A stretch of DNA of 55,730 nucleotides from positions 13,292,911-13,348,640 of the forward strand of contig NC_068993.1 in the NCBI RefSeq assembly GCF_001194135.2. The letters are read 5' to 3'. Below are positions 25,950 through 40,768 of the stretch, one piece after another. This stretch comes from Octopus bimaculoides (taxonomy: Eukaryota). Position 1 is the stretch's first letter; each line of letters starts with the position of its first letter. The notes under the pieces were generated by a model. That model did no database searches, had not been told where the DNA came from, and was given only the letters and a program-made list of their open reading frames with translations. Made by a program: the position numbers and the translations under genes.

Positions 25950-26125
25950 TTTTCCATAGGCACCATAGACACGAGAATTTGTATGTGGGGCGATGAAACA
26001 GGTGATTACCTAGATCCAGTTCACGAATGGTGTTTTTTATCGACCCTGGGAAAATAAAAGGCAACGGTATCCGAAGTTAAAAAACAAAAAGACGAAACAA
26101 ATTCCGCAACGCAAAAACCATCGTT
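25950..26125 (-). mobile_element. SINE family B, degenerate copy (tail c-like)
   Basis: tttttatcgaccctgggaaaataaaaggcaac plus tail ataggcacca..gaatttgtatgtgggg. Confidence 0.55.
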
Positions 26126-26164
26126 CTTAGAGTTACATAAATCATGTGCGTGCGTATGAGTATG

Positions 26165-26281
<117 letters not shown>

Positions 26282-27542
26282 GTGATCGGAAGTATTCTAT
26301 ACGTGTTCGCATAAATCCATATAAATCATAAGCATCCCTTTCATAGATTAGAACAAGTGAATATTAAAATATATTCGAATTTCACATACATCATAGATGA
26401 AAAATAAAGGAAAGAAAATCAAAAGAATATAAAAAAAAAACGGTTGCAAAAAAACAAACATAAAAAAGATATATGGCGCCGGCAACAACTTATTTGTATG
26501 CAATATGTACACATATTCTCACACACAAACCAATGAATGTTCATATATGACGAACATTTATAGACAAATAGAAAATCATATTTTTCGCGAGAAATTAATA
26601 TCTGTTCCATACACACAAACAACCACACACCCGATCGCACAAAAACACGCAAGAAATGTATGTATGTATATATATATGTATATACGTATGTATGTATGTA
26701 TGTATGTATGTATGTGTAATCAATTTAGGCAGCCGTGTGTTTGCAGTAGCACATTCCGATATGTCTAATAATCTGCGGCACATAATCACAAACTGAGCAT
26801 TTAACTATGAGTTTCGAATATGCCGAAGTACGCCATTACTCTGCATGATTAATGTGGAACATACTGAAAGGAATGAGAAGATTCACAAGAATAAATAAAC
26901 GAATAAATAAGTAAATATAGAAAAAAAAAAACGGAAAGTAGATGTTAATATTTTCTATTTGTATATACAGAAATATTCATTATTTTACATAGAGCCTGCA
27001 CTGTGGGTGCTCTATTTGTCAAATTTTGATTGGTGATGACGACGATTTCATCATTTTACGACAGAGAATTGCAATCCGAAATGGTCGGTACCGATCAATA
27101 TTGATAATAGTAGGGAATATAATGCAATTTTTTTTCGGCCTATACTCTAGTGCATGATTTCCCCGTGTTATTCTTATGACTACGACAACAAACGGGTTTT
27201 CAAGTGTCAGATCATCGGATACGTAGCCGATATTCGTTAAATATTACTTGAGACCGTCAACTATCTCCGGACACATATACGGGTTTATTCTACCGCTTCT
27301 TGTCTAGCTTCAGATTCTCTGCTTACCATCTTCTAAAATATTCACCTTTCACTCTTTTCCTCTCTCTCTTTCTCCCCCCCCCCCTGTGTATTTAGTGTAC
27401 AATTTTCCTCTCTCTCCAACCTCAAAACCGCACGCATATAATCGCATCCACCCTTTATACTTTATTTAAACTCATCATATTTAAATAACGATATATGCAT
27501 ATAGGAACGAAACATGTATTTCTTCCTTACTCGTACTAGGAA

Positions 27543-27575
<33 letters not shown>

Positions 27576-28242
27576 CGCTGCTGCTGCTCTTTCGTTAAAC
27601 ACACATGAGTTGTTTACGTTCTCAAGCATTTTATTTATTAAACCCACTGTAGCCACTTCTGGGGCTGTTTACTAGAATCAGTTTTGACAACGCACTGGTC
27701 TAAAAACCTACACTATTTACCTAAAAGCTGCGAACACCTTCGTCTAAAGCAACGAAAAATAAAAAAAAAGAAAGAAAAAAGAGCGGGAAAGAAAGGGAGG
27801 GAATCATTGGTGGGGCATCATAAAAGATAAATACAATAGTAAGGATAAAATACCACAAAAAAAGTTTATAAAGAAATGTCTGTAACAAAAAAAAAAAAGA
27901 GAGAATAATGAAAAATATTACATGTGCTTTTTTTCACTCAGGTCAAATAATCATCCAATATTTCTGTGTCTGTCTTCATTATTGAATGAAATTCCTCAGA
28001 AATATCATCATCAATTCGTTTAGAGATGAAAGAAGAGGAAGAAGAAGGACTGAAGAAAAAAACTATTTCTCTTCTTTACATCTGTTTATTTTATCTGTTC
28101 TTTTACGTCGTCATTTCTAACTATCCTACGCACACATACACACGCATGCATATACACACATGCGTATGTACACATAGGCACAGATATGAGTGTATACACA
28201 CAAGCAAACATGCGGGCACATTCAAATACACATTCTCTCTCT

Positions 28243-28282
<40 letters not shown>

Positions 28283-28365
28283 TTATTCTTCATCTAAGTG
28301 TGATGTGTGTATCTATGTGAATATTGAGTACATTGTGTATTCGTTGAGAGTATACACGCATGTCG

Positions 28366-28410
<45 letters not shown>

Positions 28411-29342
28411 ATGTGTGTGTAAATTCTACGCAGGCCCCTAATATGTCCTGAGCAGGTTCCAATAAAAACCAGGTGTAATTATATAGGAATTTCTATTACA
28501 TGAATAACACCCTTCATCTCACGTCGTGCAGAAGAACAGAAAAAAGAATAACAGACATGTATGATGACGATGATGATGATGATGACAATAATAATAATAA
28601 TAATAATAATGACAAGAGCGATACTATTACTAATAATAATAATTAAGAGCTTGCTGTGGAAGCATATTGGCCACTCATTCGAATTGATTCGTAACACCAT
28701 TCTTATTGAACACACATCATACAGTACAAGGCTGGGAATCCAGAGGAAAAAAGAAAAGTGCATATGCATCAAACTGATTTCAGACACAGAGAGTGGATTA
28801 CATGTCAAATATAAGTGTAGACTCATACCCTCACGCCTGCACAATCCCCACCTCCGGCTGTACACATGCGGATCCAGGCACACTCATATGAGCATTCATT
28901 GTCTGTAACACAGACACATAAACGTCGATTTTTGGTGCATTTCTCTTGCATTCCACGTCAGCATTTGTAGGTTCTTCTAAGTGTTATTATAGTTATTAAC
29001 GTTATTTGACAATAATCTTTTAGTGTTCGATATTTCACTACTATGAAAATATGTAATGGCGGTGTAACGATAAAATGTGCTTAGTACATTCTTGTAGCAG
29101 GAATGTCAACAATTCTGATTGAATTGTTCTATGAACTCTTCCTGACTTTTCTTGAGATTCCAACCTACCGCACCTTATATATATGTGCGCGCGCGCGTGC
29201 CTATGAATCTATATATATACGCATGTATGTATGTATTTATCTATCTATCTATCTATACACACACACGCACATATATATAGACACACACCCACACAGACAC
29301 ACACACATACACACACATACATACGCATACGTACATACATAC

Positions 29343-29387
<45 letters not shown>

Positions 29388-29822
29388 AATGGAGGGCTTA
29401 ATCACGTAAATTGGTTTTTAGAACGATAATTGGAAACTTGTGGCAGCTCATGTCAAAAGAACAAAAAAATAGTAACTGCTTCCAGAAATATTCTTTATTT
29501 CTTCCCCTATCATCGGTGCTGTTTCTTTTCAAGTGTTAACCTGATCAACTTATATACATACCTATATACCTGTCCAAGTAACTGCAAATTCTCTGTATGT
29601 GATATGTGACTCATTCTGAAACCTCTTTCTTTTGCTCTATATGTAAGTTTTATGATAAAGTAGCTGGCCTAATATTGCATATCTCACACTATTTCTGTCT
29701 GAATAAGAAAAATGCCTCGTTGTTTTGCAAATGTGGCCGTTTTACTTACTAGAAATATATGAGCTAAATCCCCCATGAAGTCGTGTTCAACTGTCTCCAG
29801 AGTCGAAACGATACTTTGGACA

Positions 29823-29992
29823 TAGTGGTTTCTGATTTCGGCACAAAGCCAACGAATGTATGTGTCGGAAATTCATCGATTACATCGAGTCCATAACGTC
29901 GCTGAGACTTTATTTGCGGAGAATTTGAAGTCAGAGCATAACCAACTGGAACACAAACCGCATAACATATTTTCGACACTCTAACCATTCTG
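29823..29992 (-). mobile_element. SINE family B, degenerate copy with internal deletion (tail type b)
   Basis: gtttctgatttcggcacaaagccaac..tcgattacatcgagtcc..ggagaatttgaagtcagagc..tctaaccattctg. Confidence 0.65.
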
Positions 29993-31001
29993 TAAAACGA
30001 CTGCCTTCACGCAATCGTTACATATGATAATGTCTTCAGAACATTCTGGGAACAGAAAAAGACAATCTAGATAACCAAGGCGGGAAGAATGGCCGATCAG
30101 TCAATGTTGTAAACAAAATTGGAAAACTTTATGAAGAGTAATGCATTTCTGAATTAAAATAAATATTTGAACGAAAATGTTCCATACTCTCTTTACTTGT
30201 TCTAGTGTTTACGTAGTCGAGACACCGCTAGGATTCCGAAATCTTGTCCTAACGAAACATCGAAACATCTAAGCTGAGGCCACAGCAAGCGGAAATGATT
30301 CTATCAGAACCTAACTGGTATTCTTTACGGTTGAATAGACTGGAACAAGGGGAAATTACGGATGAAAGGCAGCGCCGGTCCAAGAATTGATATCACAACC
30401 TTGGAATTTTCGTTCCATTTTCATGGCTTACATTTGTCTCCATAGTTAACGTTTTTAGCGTTTATTACGCTAAATATTTTTCAATTTTGTCTTTGACGTC
30501 GTTCTGAAGATAAGGTTGGTGAAACGGCAACACTAAACCCTGTATTATTACCCTAAACATTTGATCTTTTTTTTTTGTGTGTGAAAGGAGAGATTTGTTC
30601 CATATTTAAAGTTCTTGAAACTTGTTTTAATGCAAATAATTAAGCTTGCTTCATTCTGTGAAAAATACTGAATCTGACATCAGTGATGTATCATATTTAT
30701 GCTTATTAACTACATAACAGTAAATCATGATTGTACTTCCGTTATAGAGATTTGATAAAAATTAGAGTGAAATACCAAGTGAACTCATGACCCAAAGACC
30801 TAAGCAATATGCTGATAGTCTTTAGAACCTCGATAAAGGAATAACTGTATTTTCTAGAAATCAGAATTACCTGGCTTAACAATCACGTGTTCATAAGTAG
30901 TCTGACGTACTTTAATATATAACAGGTATATTCTAACATAAATATCAGATGAGACAGAAGGGTTATCAATATGGAATAACAAACCATCACACAGAAACAA
31001 G

Positions 31002-31096
<95 letters not shown>

Positions 31097-32310
31097 NNNN
31101 NNNNNNNNNNNNNNNNNNNNNNNNNNNNNNNNNNNNNNNNNNNNNNNNNNNNNNNNNNNNNNNNNNNNNNNNNNNNNNNNNNNNNNNNNNNNNNNNNNNN
31201 NNNNNNNNNNNNNNNNNNNNNNNNNNNNNNNNNNNNNNNNNNNNNNNNNNNNNNNNNNNNNNNNNNNNNNNNNNNNNNNNNNNNNNNNNNNNNNNNNNNN
31301 NNNNNNNNNNNNNNNNNNNNNNNNNNNNNNNNNNNNNNNNNNNNNNNNNNNNNNNNNNNNNNNNNNNNNNNNNNATATATATATATATATATATAATTAA
31401 CTTTTTTTGCCGTTAATATTGAAAAAGCATATACTACCTCCATCGATCGAAAGGAAAGAAATTAATCGAAAAGTTGAAAGAAGGAAAAAAAAAAAACCGG
31501 AACGCGAAAAACCTTTCCAAGAAATTACTTGATAATACTTTATTAATGCAATTCTGCCTTTGGAAAGAAATGATTCTAGAAATCTACATAAGTATCGTAT
31601 CTGTGACGAAAAGGTCTTGTGCAATCAGCGGAAATGTGTTCCGTTTCATATCGTTACTGCTGACATAGACATCTAGCATCGACACAAATCTACTTAATTG
31701 TAATTAGGCAACGTGAGATGGATTGGTTCGTCGTTTGAAGTTTGGGACTGCACTGTAACTTCATGCGACCCTACCGTTGGTTTTCGCTGTAGAAACTACA
31801 TGCATCTGCTGAGATGCCCCTATGTTACGAACTATCGCTAATAACACATTTTTGACATCACGTCCATCTCTAACACACTGCTGAACATGAAAGACGAGCA
31901 AAGTCTTTGTGGAATAATTTTTTAAAGAATTAGTTGAAATATTCGTTGTATTTAGAAAGAAAAGGTTATAGATATGCGTTGTCCCTATTTTAGATATTAA
32001 TGAAACACCGTCAATTATATATATATATATATATATATATCGTATATCAATTTCTGACCTCTTACTCGTTTTTTCCCTTTTCTGTTTAAATTGTGCCGTA
32101 TATGACGTCGAAGAAATATAGTATTTGGTGCCTGTTGTTTAAGTAAAATCTTTACTATCTTTGCTATTGACGGCTCTCGTTCAATATTTTCGTGTAGTAT
32201 TAAATATATCTGAGCAATTCAACAGGGGATTTATATCAAAATGACTGACATACACAATAAGTTCTTATTGAAGCTTTTCAGCTTACAATATGCGTGCAGA
32301 ATATCTATAG

Positions 32311-32458
<148 letters not shown>

Positions 32459-33641
32459 AGAAAGTGGAATGATTAGAAAATACTGTGAGATCAAAGTGAG
32501 ATATCTCTAGTATTCTCAATTCACCACTAGATAAATTTAGTTACCTAGTTATCGCTGCTGTGTGATAGAAAGAAAGTGTGACTCCATGCTGAACGAGAGA
32601 GAGAGGGGGAATAAGAAAGACGTAGATATAGAAACACACAACAGGGATGAAATATTCATGCATATTTATATATGAAGGTTCGAAGACGTTGTGCTATACT
32701 TTGGTAAATAATTGCGATATGTGCGTTGTACAAGGGGTTTGTTTGTCTGTCTACTGGAAACAAATGTTCGGCTTCTATGTATGCATAAGTCTGTGTACTT
32801 GTGTATCTATTTATATATGTATATATATATTACTACGTATATTCCGACTTTCAAAAATTTGCATATGTGAACATAAATGTAACCGCATATGCATACACTT
32901 TCATACGTATATAAACGTACAGATGTGTGTGCATGTGCACGCAAATGAGCACAAGTACCTACTCNNNNNNNNNNNNNNNNNNNNNNNNNNNNNNNNNNNN
33001 NNNNNNNNNNNNNNNNNNNNNNNNNNNNNNNNNNNNNNNNNNNNNNNNNNNNNNNNNNNNNNNNNNNNNNNNNNNNNNNNNNNNNNNNNNNNNNNNNNNN
33101 NNNNNNNNNNNNNNNNNNNNNNNNNNNNNNNNNNNNNNNNNNNNNNNNNNNNNNNNNNNNNNNNNNNNNNNNNNNNNNNNNNNNNNNNNNNNNNNNNNNN
33201 NNNNNNNNNNNNNNNNNNNNNNNNNNNNNNNNNNNNNNNNNNNNNNNNNNNNNNNNNNNNNNNNNNNNNNNNNNNNNNNNNNNNTGTATATATATATATG
33301 TGTGTGTATATATAAACAGATGCATTCACATGCTGAGAAATTCACTGATACAAGCATAGACAATGAGAAATGCAGGCAGATCTACACACGGATAAACATT
33401 TTTATAGATGTGTTTACAATGAATTATACTATTATATGTGTTTAGTCAAATTGCCTAGAATTGTTTTGTTTAATTTAAGTAAATATCGTGATACTGGTGT
33501 AAATTAATTGTAGGAATACGTAAAATTATGCATGCATGTGTATAAGCAAAGACGTTGCGTTACACAGATAGTGCACTAATATTCATATCACTACATAAGA
33601 ACAGTCCTAATTACAATAATATGTATATATGTATATATATT

Positions 33642-33691
<50 letters not shown>

Positions 33692-34223
33692 TATAATGAA
33701 GAAAAGTATTTTAATGTACTAACCAGGATTCGGTCGATGGATACATAAGGGCGAGCGTTTGTAAATTAGGAACAACAATAAAAATTAATTACATAAAACT
33801 ACATGACACAAAGTAATGCATTATTAAAGAATATATCCATTCTATAAATTGTTCTGCACGCAAATAGACAATCACAATTAAAGAAATACTGGAAACAGAA
33901 AGCAAAAATAAAATAGGCACACAGATAACATTTAGTTATCGGAAACAAAATTTAAAAACTAGACTGATGACTTATAAATCTAATAGTCAAAAATTGTATT
34001 TTCTGTGTTAAAATCTGCTATAAAGTGGCAGTAACATCAGCCAACATTACCTCATCCAGAAGAGGAGACTACGATGATGTAGATAACATATATATTCGAA
34101 CTGCATAACCCACACCCGAATTAGACAATTAATGATGGAGGCTTTATTGGATGCCCAATACAGTACTAACATTAAAACGGATATCACACTACCGATTATA
34201 AAGAACGAATAATTTTCACGATT

Positions 34224-34274
34224 AACACGCTAGTATATACAACACGTTAGTATATATAACACGCTAGTATATAG
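34224..34274. repeat. 17-bp minisatellite, 3 units (aacacgYtagtatataN)
   Basis: aacacgctagtatatac / aacacgttagtatatat / aacacgctagtatatag. Confidence 0.9.
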
Positions 34275-34651
34275 GGCTATATGCGGTGAATCGCAACTTG
34301 GCTCCAAGCCACACATGCACTATACTTCAAGTAGTATCCTCTGCAGAACATGCGGAATGAGACAGGTGGTATGAGATAATGAAATTGCAAAGACCCGATG
34401 CTAGTGGTACATACTTGTTATTGGGGGATTGCGCGGTTCAATGTCTCGAAGACCAGTTCCGTCGGGAGTCTAATGGTCTTTGTAAGTCTATCAATGCGTG
34501 CAAGGTTAAATTAGGCGGCTCAGACTGAACAGGGCAAACCCTCTTTCAAAACATCCCAACGACAGAAAGCCGTTTTAGACGACAATGTTTGATCTTAGTA
34601 GCATTTACAGAAGGGCAAGGTCGTTGGACTAGTCAAGACTGCGCCAGCAGA

Positions 34652-34690
<39 letters not shown>

Positions 34691-35596
34691 TGTGTCTGTA
34701 TATAGAGGCGGAATATGCTATATATATATTTCCACGTATCCCGTTGTGTGTTGTTTTCAATTGTTACTATCTATGTAGATGGCGCATGAGACGAATATTC
34801 AAATACGTAGACTACATAAATAAGTATAAGTATATTCCATCGAATTATTGATTTCTTCCCTTCATTTTCAGATCAATTGCTTGCCAGGAATGTTGTTCAT
34901 CTCTAAAATGTTTGCGTCTGGATTGCAAATCTTAAAGTTTTAAGAGCAGTGTCTAAAAGAATTCCTTGACAGACTGTCTGCCAAAAGAAGTATTACCGCA
35001 ATGCTTTTCAAATCCTTCAATTAGTACACGAACATACAAGATAATAATAATAATGATAGTAGTAGTATTAGTAGTAGTAATAATAGGAGTAGTAGAAGTA
35101 GTAGTATGAGAGACGACAACGATGATGATAGTGATGTGGACGAAAGTGAGGCATAAGTACATGTAATGACGTTGGTAATATTAATGGTGGTTTACGAATA
35201 AGAAGAATAAAAATGTGCATTAATATTGATGTAATAAAAATAAAACACTTAACAAGTATTCATATTAATGATAATGACGAAATGATATGTAAAGATCAAC
35301 GCAATGATAAAATAAAACGATTGATTAATTTAAAGAAATGAATAAGAAAAGAGAAACAGAATAACTGAGAAGCAAATAAGAAACAAAATTTGAAGCGCAA
35401 ATAATATGAAACATGTATAAGGACACGTAAAAATAAGCAGAAATATATATAAGAAAGAAACCCAAACGTATGGTGCCCCAGCATGACACAAATAAAAAGT
35501 GAAAAATATGGAGACATAGACTTATACATGGCGCATCGAACTATGTTTTGTTATGTTGACTTCGTGGGTAATACGAAGATAGCATGTACCCGGTCG

Positions 35597-35798
35597 TTAC
35601 TTGTTTCAGTCATTTTACTGCGGCCATGCTGGAGCACCGCCTTTAGTCGAGCAAATCGACCCCAGGACTTATTCTTTGTAAGCCTAGTACTTATTCTATC
35701 GGTGAATTTTGCCGAACCGCTAAGTTACGGGGACGTAAACACACCAGCATCGGTTGTAAAGCGATGTTGGGGGTACAAACACATACACACAAACACAT

Positions 35799-35895
<97 letters not shown>

Positions 35896-36059
35896 CGGCG
35901 AGCTTCTTTCGGTTTCCGTCTACCAAATCCACTCACAAGGCTTTGGTCAGCCCGAAGCTATACTAGAAGACACTTGCCCAAGGTGCCACACAATGGAACT
36001 GAACCCGGAACGATGTGGTAGGTAAGCAAGCTACTTACCACACAGCCACTTCTGTGCCT
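35597..36059 (-). mobile_element. SINE family A copy 4 (near full length, long internal (TA)n)
   Basis: Complete head-to-tail colinearity with copies 1 and 6. Confidence 0.93.
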
Positions 36060-36124
36060 ATATGTGGTCAGGTTGTGGTGAAAAGAAAATGGAAATTCTT
36101 GGGTAACAATAAATGATATTTGTG

Positions 36125-36460
36125 AAAGGACATAGCTGGATGATGCGACTCACACTCATGAGGTAGTGAGTTCGATTCCCGGACTGGGCTGTATGTTCTG
36201 TTTTTGAGCAAGACAATTTATTTTACGTTGCTCCAGTTCACTCAGCTGCTAGAAATGAGTTGGGACGTCACTGGTGCCAAACTGTATCGGCCTTTGCCTT
36301 TCTCTTGGATAACATCAGTGGTATGGAGAGGAGAGTTCGGTATGCATGAGCGACTGCTGTTCTTCCATAAACAACCTTGCCGGTAATTGTGCTTCGGAGG
36401 GGAACATTCTAAGTGTAATCCCATGGTCAGTCATGACCGAAGAAGGGAGGGGGGTCTGTA
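36125..36460 (+). mobile_element. tRNA-headed SINE family D copy, followed by (CTA)n
   Basis: B box gtgAGTTCGATTCCCgg at about 36167-36182, then ttgagcaagacaattt..ttgctccagttcactcagctg, a central motif type common in tRNA-derived SINE superfamilies. Confidence 0.7.
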
Positions 36461-36627
36461 CACTACTACTACTACTACTGCATTACAAGACATACCTTTT
36501 TTTCCCGTTGGACAGTAAATAAACCAGTGTCGCCTTCCTAGCTTATTTTCGATGTAATCGTTTTTTAATGTTTCATGAAGATCAACGAGATTATCAGGAT
36601 CATGTTCGTGATCACCACCATGCCACT

Positions 36628-36985
36628 ACATCATCATCATCATGATGACTATTACTGTCATCATCACTGCCACTACGAACACCGTTGTCGCGTCATCGTC
36701 ATCGTCATCGTCATCATCATCGTCGTCATCAAGAGTAGCATCGTATTCAGCTTTCATCACCGTTGCCATTGCTATAATTTTTATCACCTTCATTATCAAC
36801 ATCATCTTAATTGTCATCATTAGCAACATCATCAACGTAATCATCATCATCATCATCCTCATCGACAGCAGTGATATTCTTTTTCACCGTTAACGTCATT
36901 GTCATCATTTTCTTTTTGGCTGTTGTAGCTGTCGTCATCGTTATCATCATCCCCATCGTCATCATCATCATCACCATCTCCTCCA
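36628..36985. repeat. Degenerate (CAT/CGT)n trinucleotide field
   Basis: Read directly; source of the poly-H/S/I/D pseudo-ORFs. Confidence 0.9.
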
Positions 36986-37411
36986 CTCACCCCGTCGTCT
37001 TCTGGGGTGACAGACTTTTTTCGTCAACATCGCCGTCAGCTGTCAGTAAAGTGTTTTTGTTATTTTTTATATCCATCCATTTTTTTTGGTCTTTATTTTA
37101 GTTTGGTGGTTATTATGTGGTCAGTCTAGACAAAACTCCATCTAGATTACTTTTCATTCACTGTTGATTGGCCTTTATTTCATTTTTATTTTGTTATTCA
37201 TCGAAGGAGAATTAACAGCTTTACTTTTTCAGTGGATTTCAATTGAAGTTTTGTGTATTTTTGCAATCCTGGACATTTTTTTCACTTTTTCTTTTATCGA
37301 AGAGACTTGACCTCTTAACTCATAGCTCTTAAAAAAAAACTTGGAAATAATAATAATAATGATGATGATGATAATAACAATAATAATAATAATAATAATC
37401 ATAATAATAAC

Positions 37412-37443
<32 letters not shown>

Positions 37444-37444
37444 T

Positions 37445-37984
37445 ACCAGGCAGTGGCTCTCATGGTTTCTGATCTTAATTGATTAGAAGTATTATCATGT
37501 ACGTTGTTTTGTCTTGGTATGAAAGCTGGGCTATAGCAAATATTCTGCTTAATACCACAGATTTTCTTGTCAGGTGTTTGACCTTAACCAGTTGAGCATG
37601 TCCCTTAGTGGTTGACGATATGTGCATCTCTGATCATGAGCAGAAGTAGGGGAGAGCATCATGACCATGTGTTGAGAGGAATTCTTTGGGGTTTGAATAA
37701 TTCACCTTTGGAAACGTGGGTGTTTTGCTCAACATCCTTAAACAAACCTTATTCAGGGACCTTTTGAGCGGGATGGGCTACTCGACCTGAAGAAAATTCT
37801 AACTGGGCCCCACCTGCAAGGTCATGCGCTATTTGTCTTGATATGAGATCACCATGTCACCTGGTGTACCCTTATCAGGTGGGTAGTCATGATGGGTATA
37901 CTGGGCTTCGTATATTTTACCCCAGTGCCACTTTGATGGCATGCACTACTCTCTCACTCAATAATAACAATAAACTAATAATAA
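37445..37984 (+). mobile_element. Unclassified ~520 bp non-coding interspersed element (family E) embedded in (TAA)n
   Basis: Sharp switch from (AAT)n (37346-37444) to higher-GC unique sequence, three hairpins in the last 100 nt, then ctcactcAATAATAACAATAA; no ORF; single copy in the window. Confidence 0.6.
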
Positions 37985-38267
37985 TCGTGATAATGACGGT
38001 CTCTTGTTTTTGTCACATGGAAATCAGGACATTTCAAGAACAGTTTGCAATGTGTGTGTATGTGTGTGTGTGTAGAGGTTACATAAAAAGATAAGGGGAT
38101 ATTTGAACAATTGGGGATAAGTCTCCCCCACCCGATAGACAAGAACCTCCATCTAGGTCCAATCAAAAATCTCACAGATCAAGGATCAATCTAACCAGCA
38201 ATGGTCATGCCTTCGTCTCCACTATTTTTGTATCCATTCTGCAACAACAACAACAACAATAAGAGTA

Positions 38268-38473
38268 ATGATTTCAAATTTCGACACAAGGCCAGCAGTT
38301 TCGAGGAAGGGAGTAAGTCGATTATATTGACCCCAGTGTTCAACCGGTACTTATTTTATCGACTCCGAAACGATGAAAGTTAAAGTCGACCTCAGTGGAA
38401 TTTAAACACAGAACGTGTGAAGACGGACCTAATGCCGCTAAGCATTTTGTCCGACGTGCTAACGATCCAGCTA
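38268..38473 (-). mobile_element. SINE family B copy (tail type b)
   Basis: tttcaaatttcgacacaaggccagcag..aagtcgattatattgaccccagtg..ggtacttattttatcgac..aaagtcgacctc..aagcattttgtccgacgtgctaacgat. Confidence 0.88.
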
Positions 38474-39109
38474 GAGAACAAATAATATTAATAAATAGTA
38501 CATATAAACGATGACATTAACGCTGGATAGTGAAGGTAATTTTCTATTCAAGAGTGAGTGTATATATGTATGTTACTATGATTCTATCGATTTGTGTGAG
38601 GTGCATCTGTGTGTAGGAGTGATATAATCAATAAAAAAAAATTCAAACTCAGTTGGAAGCATAAAAATGCATTAAAGTAAAGTAACCGCAGGATTTTAAC
38701 ACAAACATCGAATTTTTGTTTCGTTTCCAATCCGTCACACTATTTGATATGATTTACAATTTTCATTTTTGATTTTCTTTGCAATATCACCTTATTTTTT
38801 ATGGGATGTCGTCAAATCATATTATATCATATCAGCTTCATTTTAAAAAAAGCTTTTGTTGTTGTTGTTGTTATTATAGTTGTTTTGTTTTATAATTTCT
38901 AAGGAAATACAGCTCACTGAACTTCAATTTTCGCTCGTTCGTCTTCTTCAAATTCTACAAATTTGCATCATACCAAGCAACAACTTTAAACAAAATTTTA
39001 CAGGAAGAAAAAAAAATAATTTTACTATTTATATTTTGAAATGGAAATCCATTATTGGAAAAAAATCGTATTTATTGCTACCATTTCTTTTATTACCGAC
39101 ATCATCCAC

Positions 39110-39157
<48 letters not shown>

Positions 39158-39379
39158 GTGATGATGATTATGTCGTTGATAAATTACTGCTACTGCCGTC
39201 ACAAATTATATTAATAATGATAATGATACCCAGCATTAGCGTTTATATTATCATAACATAGTTATAACTGTGCCTACGTTGGAATTCGAAGAAATCGTAA
39301 CGAAGGTGACAAGTGTACTTCTGTAGTTATTATCACCACCACCACTACCATCACCCTCCCCCCACCGCAAATACTACTG

Positions 39380-39457
39380 CTACTACTGATGATGATGATG
39401 ATGATGATAATAATAATAACAATAATGATAATAATGATAAAAATAACAATAATGATG

Positions 39458-39497
<40 letters not shown>

Positions 39498-39595
39498 TGA
39501 TGATTATAATAATAATAACAATAATAATAATAATGATAATAACAATAATAATAGTAATAGTAATAATAATAATAATAATAATATAATAATAATAC
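39380..39595. repeat. Compound (GAT)/(AAT)/(AAC) trinucleotide array
   Basis: Read directly. Confidence 0.95.
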
Positions 39596-40044
39596 AGATA
39601 TGTGTACATATTGTCTTTTCCTTCAAACTTTTTGTTTGACATTTCTATTTTTCTATTTCTCGTAATACATTTGTCTGTTTCTTTTCTGCCTTTTTTTATA
39701 TATATATATATATATTACGAGTGATGTCTGGGAGATTTACTAGTATTTGATGTAGCTCTACTGTTACGAATTTCGCCCAAAGCAGCACGCTTTTCTGGCG
39801 ACAGTACCTCTGCGGAACAATGTGAGCAAGTATGTTTGTTGTGGCGAGCTTATCCAATTGGAGAGCAATACACTTCATCTCTCGTTGCCTTGCGATCATT
39901 TCGAAACCTGATGCGTGGCACACCGTGCACCCGTTCAGACAATGTCGATTTGGTGGAGAGAGTGGGCTAATATGCGGCACGAATATTTGATCACTATAAA
40001 CGAATCATTTGTGCAGGTCGTTCGGCAGAATGTCCATCATATAT

Positions 40045-40165
40045 GGAGTGGCTGTGTGGTAAGTAGCTTGCTTGTCAACCACGTAGTTCCGGGTTCAGTC
40101 CGACTGTGTGAAACCATGGGCAATTGTCGTCTACGATACCCTCTGGCCGATCAAAGCTTTTGAAC
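40045..40165 (+). mobile_element. SINE family A copy 5 (5' part only)
   Basis: gagtggctgtgtggtaagtagcttgctt..gttccgggttcagtcc..tgggcaa..ggccgatcaaagc. Confidence 0.8.
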
Positions 40166-40534
40166 AAGCGAATGTGTACACTGGTTTGTACAAGCGACTG
40201 TGAACAGGGCTTAACCAACAGTAAAGATGACAGTAATATAAATAGAAACGTGAACTTCGTCATCATCATCAACCATATCCTCCTCATCATCGTCATCATC
40301 ATCATCAAGATCATATTGGTCGATATTATCATATTCAATGTGAGCAATATTCCCATTGTTGCTAGTTTCACGTTATCATCTAAATGTCTTTTATTAATCT
40401 TCTCCGATAGCTTACGTTTTCATTGTTCTATAATTCATTTAACTTTTCTCTACCTTGTACTATATATATATTTGCAAGACACGTGTACATTACACGCGCG
40501 CACAAACACACACACTCATACACACACATATACA

Positions 40535-40768
40535 TTTCTTTTTTATTCCCCACAAGGGGCTAAACACAGGGGAGACAAACAAGGAGAGACAAAGGGATTA
40601 AGTCGATTACATCGGCCCAAGTGCGTAACTGGTACTTAATTTATCGAACCCGAAAGGATGAAAGGGAAAGTCGACCTCGGCGCAATTTGAACACAGAACC
40701 TAACGGCTCACGAAATACCGCTAAGTATTTCGCCCGGCGTGCTAACGTTTCTGCCAGCTCACCGCCTT
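40535..40768 (-). mobile_element. SINE family B copy (tail type a), well preserved
   Basis: Reverse complement closely matches 48955-49214 from head (aaggcggtgagctggcagaaacgttagcacgccgggcgaaat) to tail (tttagccccttgtgggg). Confidence 0.93.

Noticed and set aside
28640-28910. EEKRK..CQI..HMRI peptide fragments suggesting a C2H2 finger or RTE C-terminus
   Set aside because: Interrupted by stops with wrong Cys/His spacing; too weak to call
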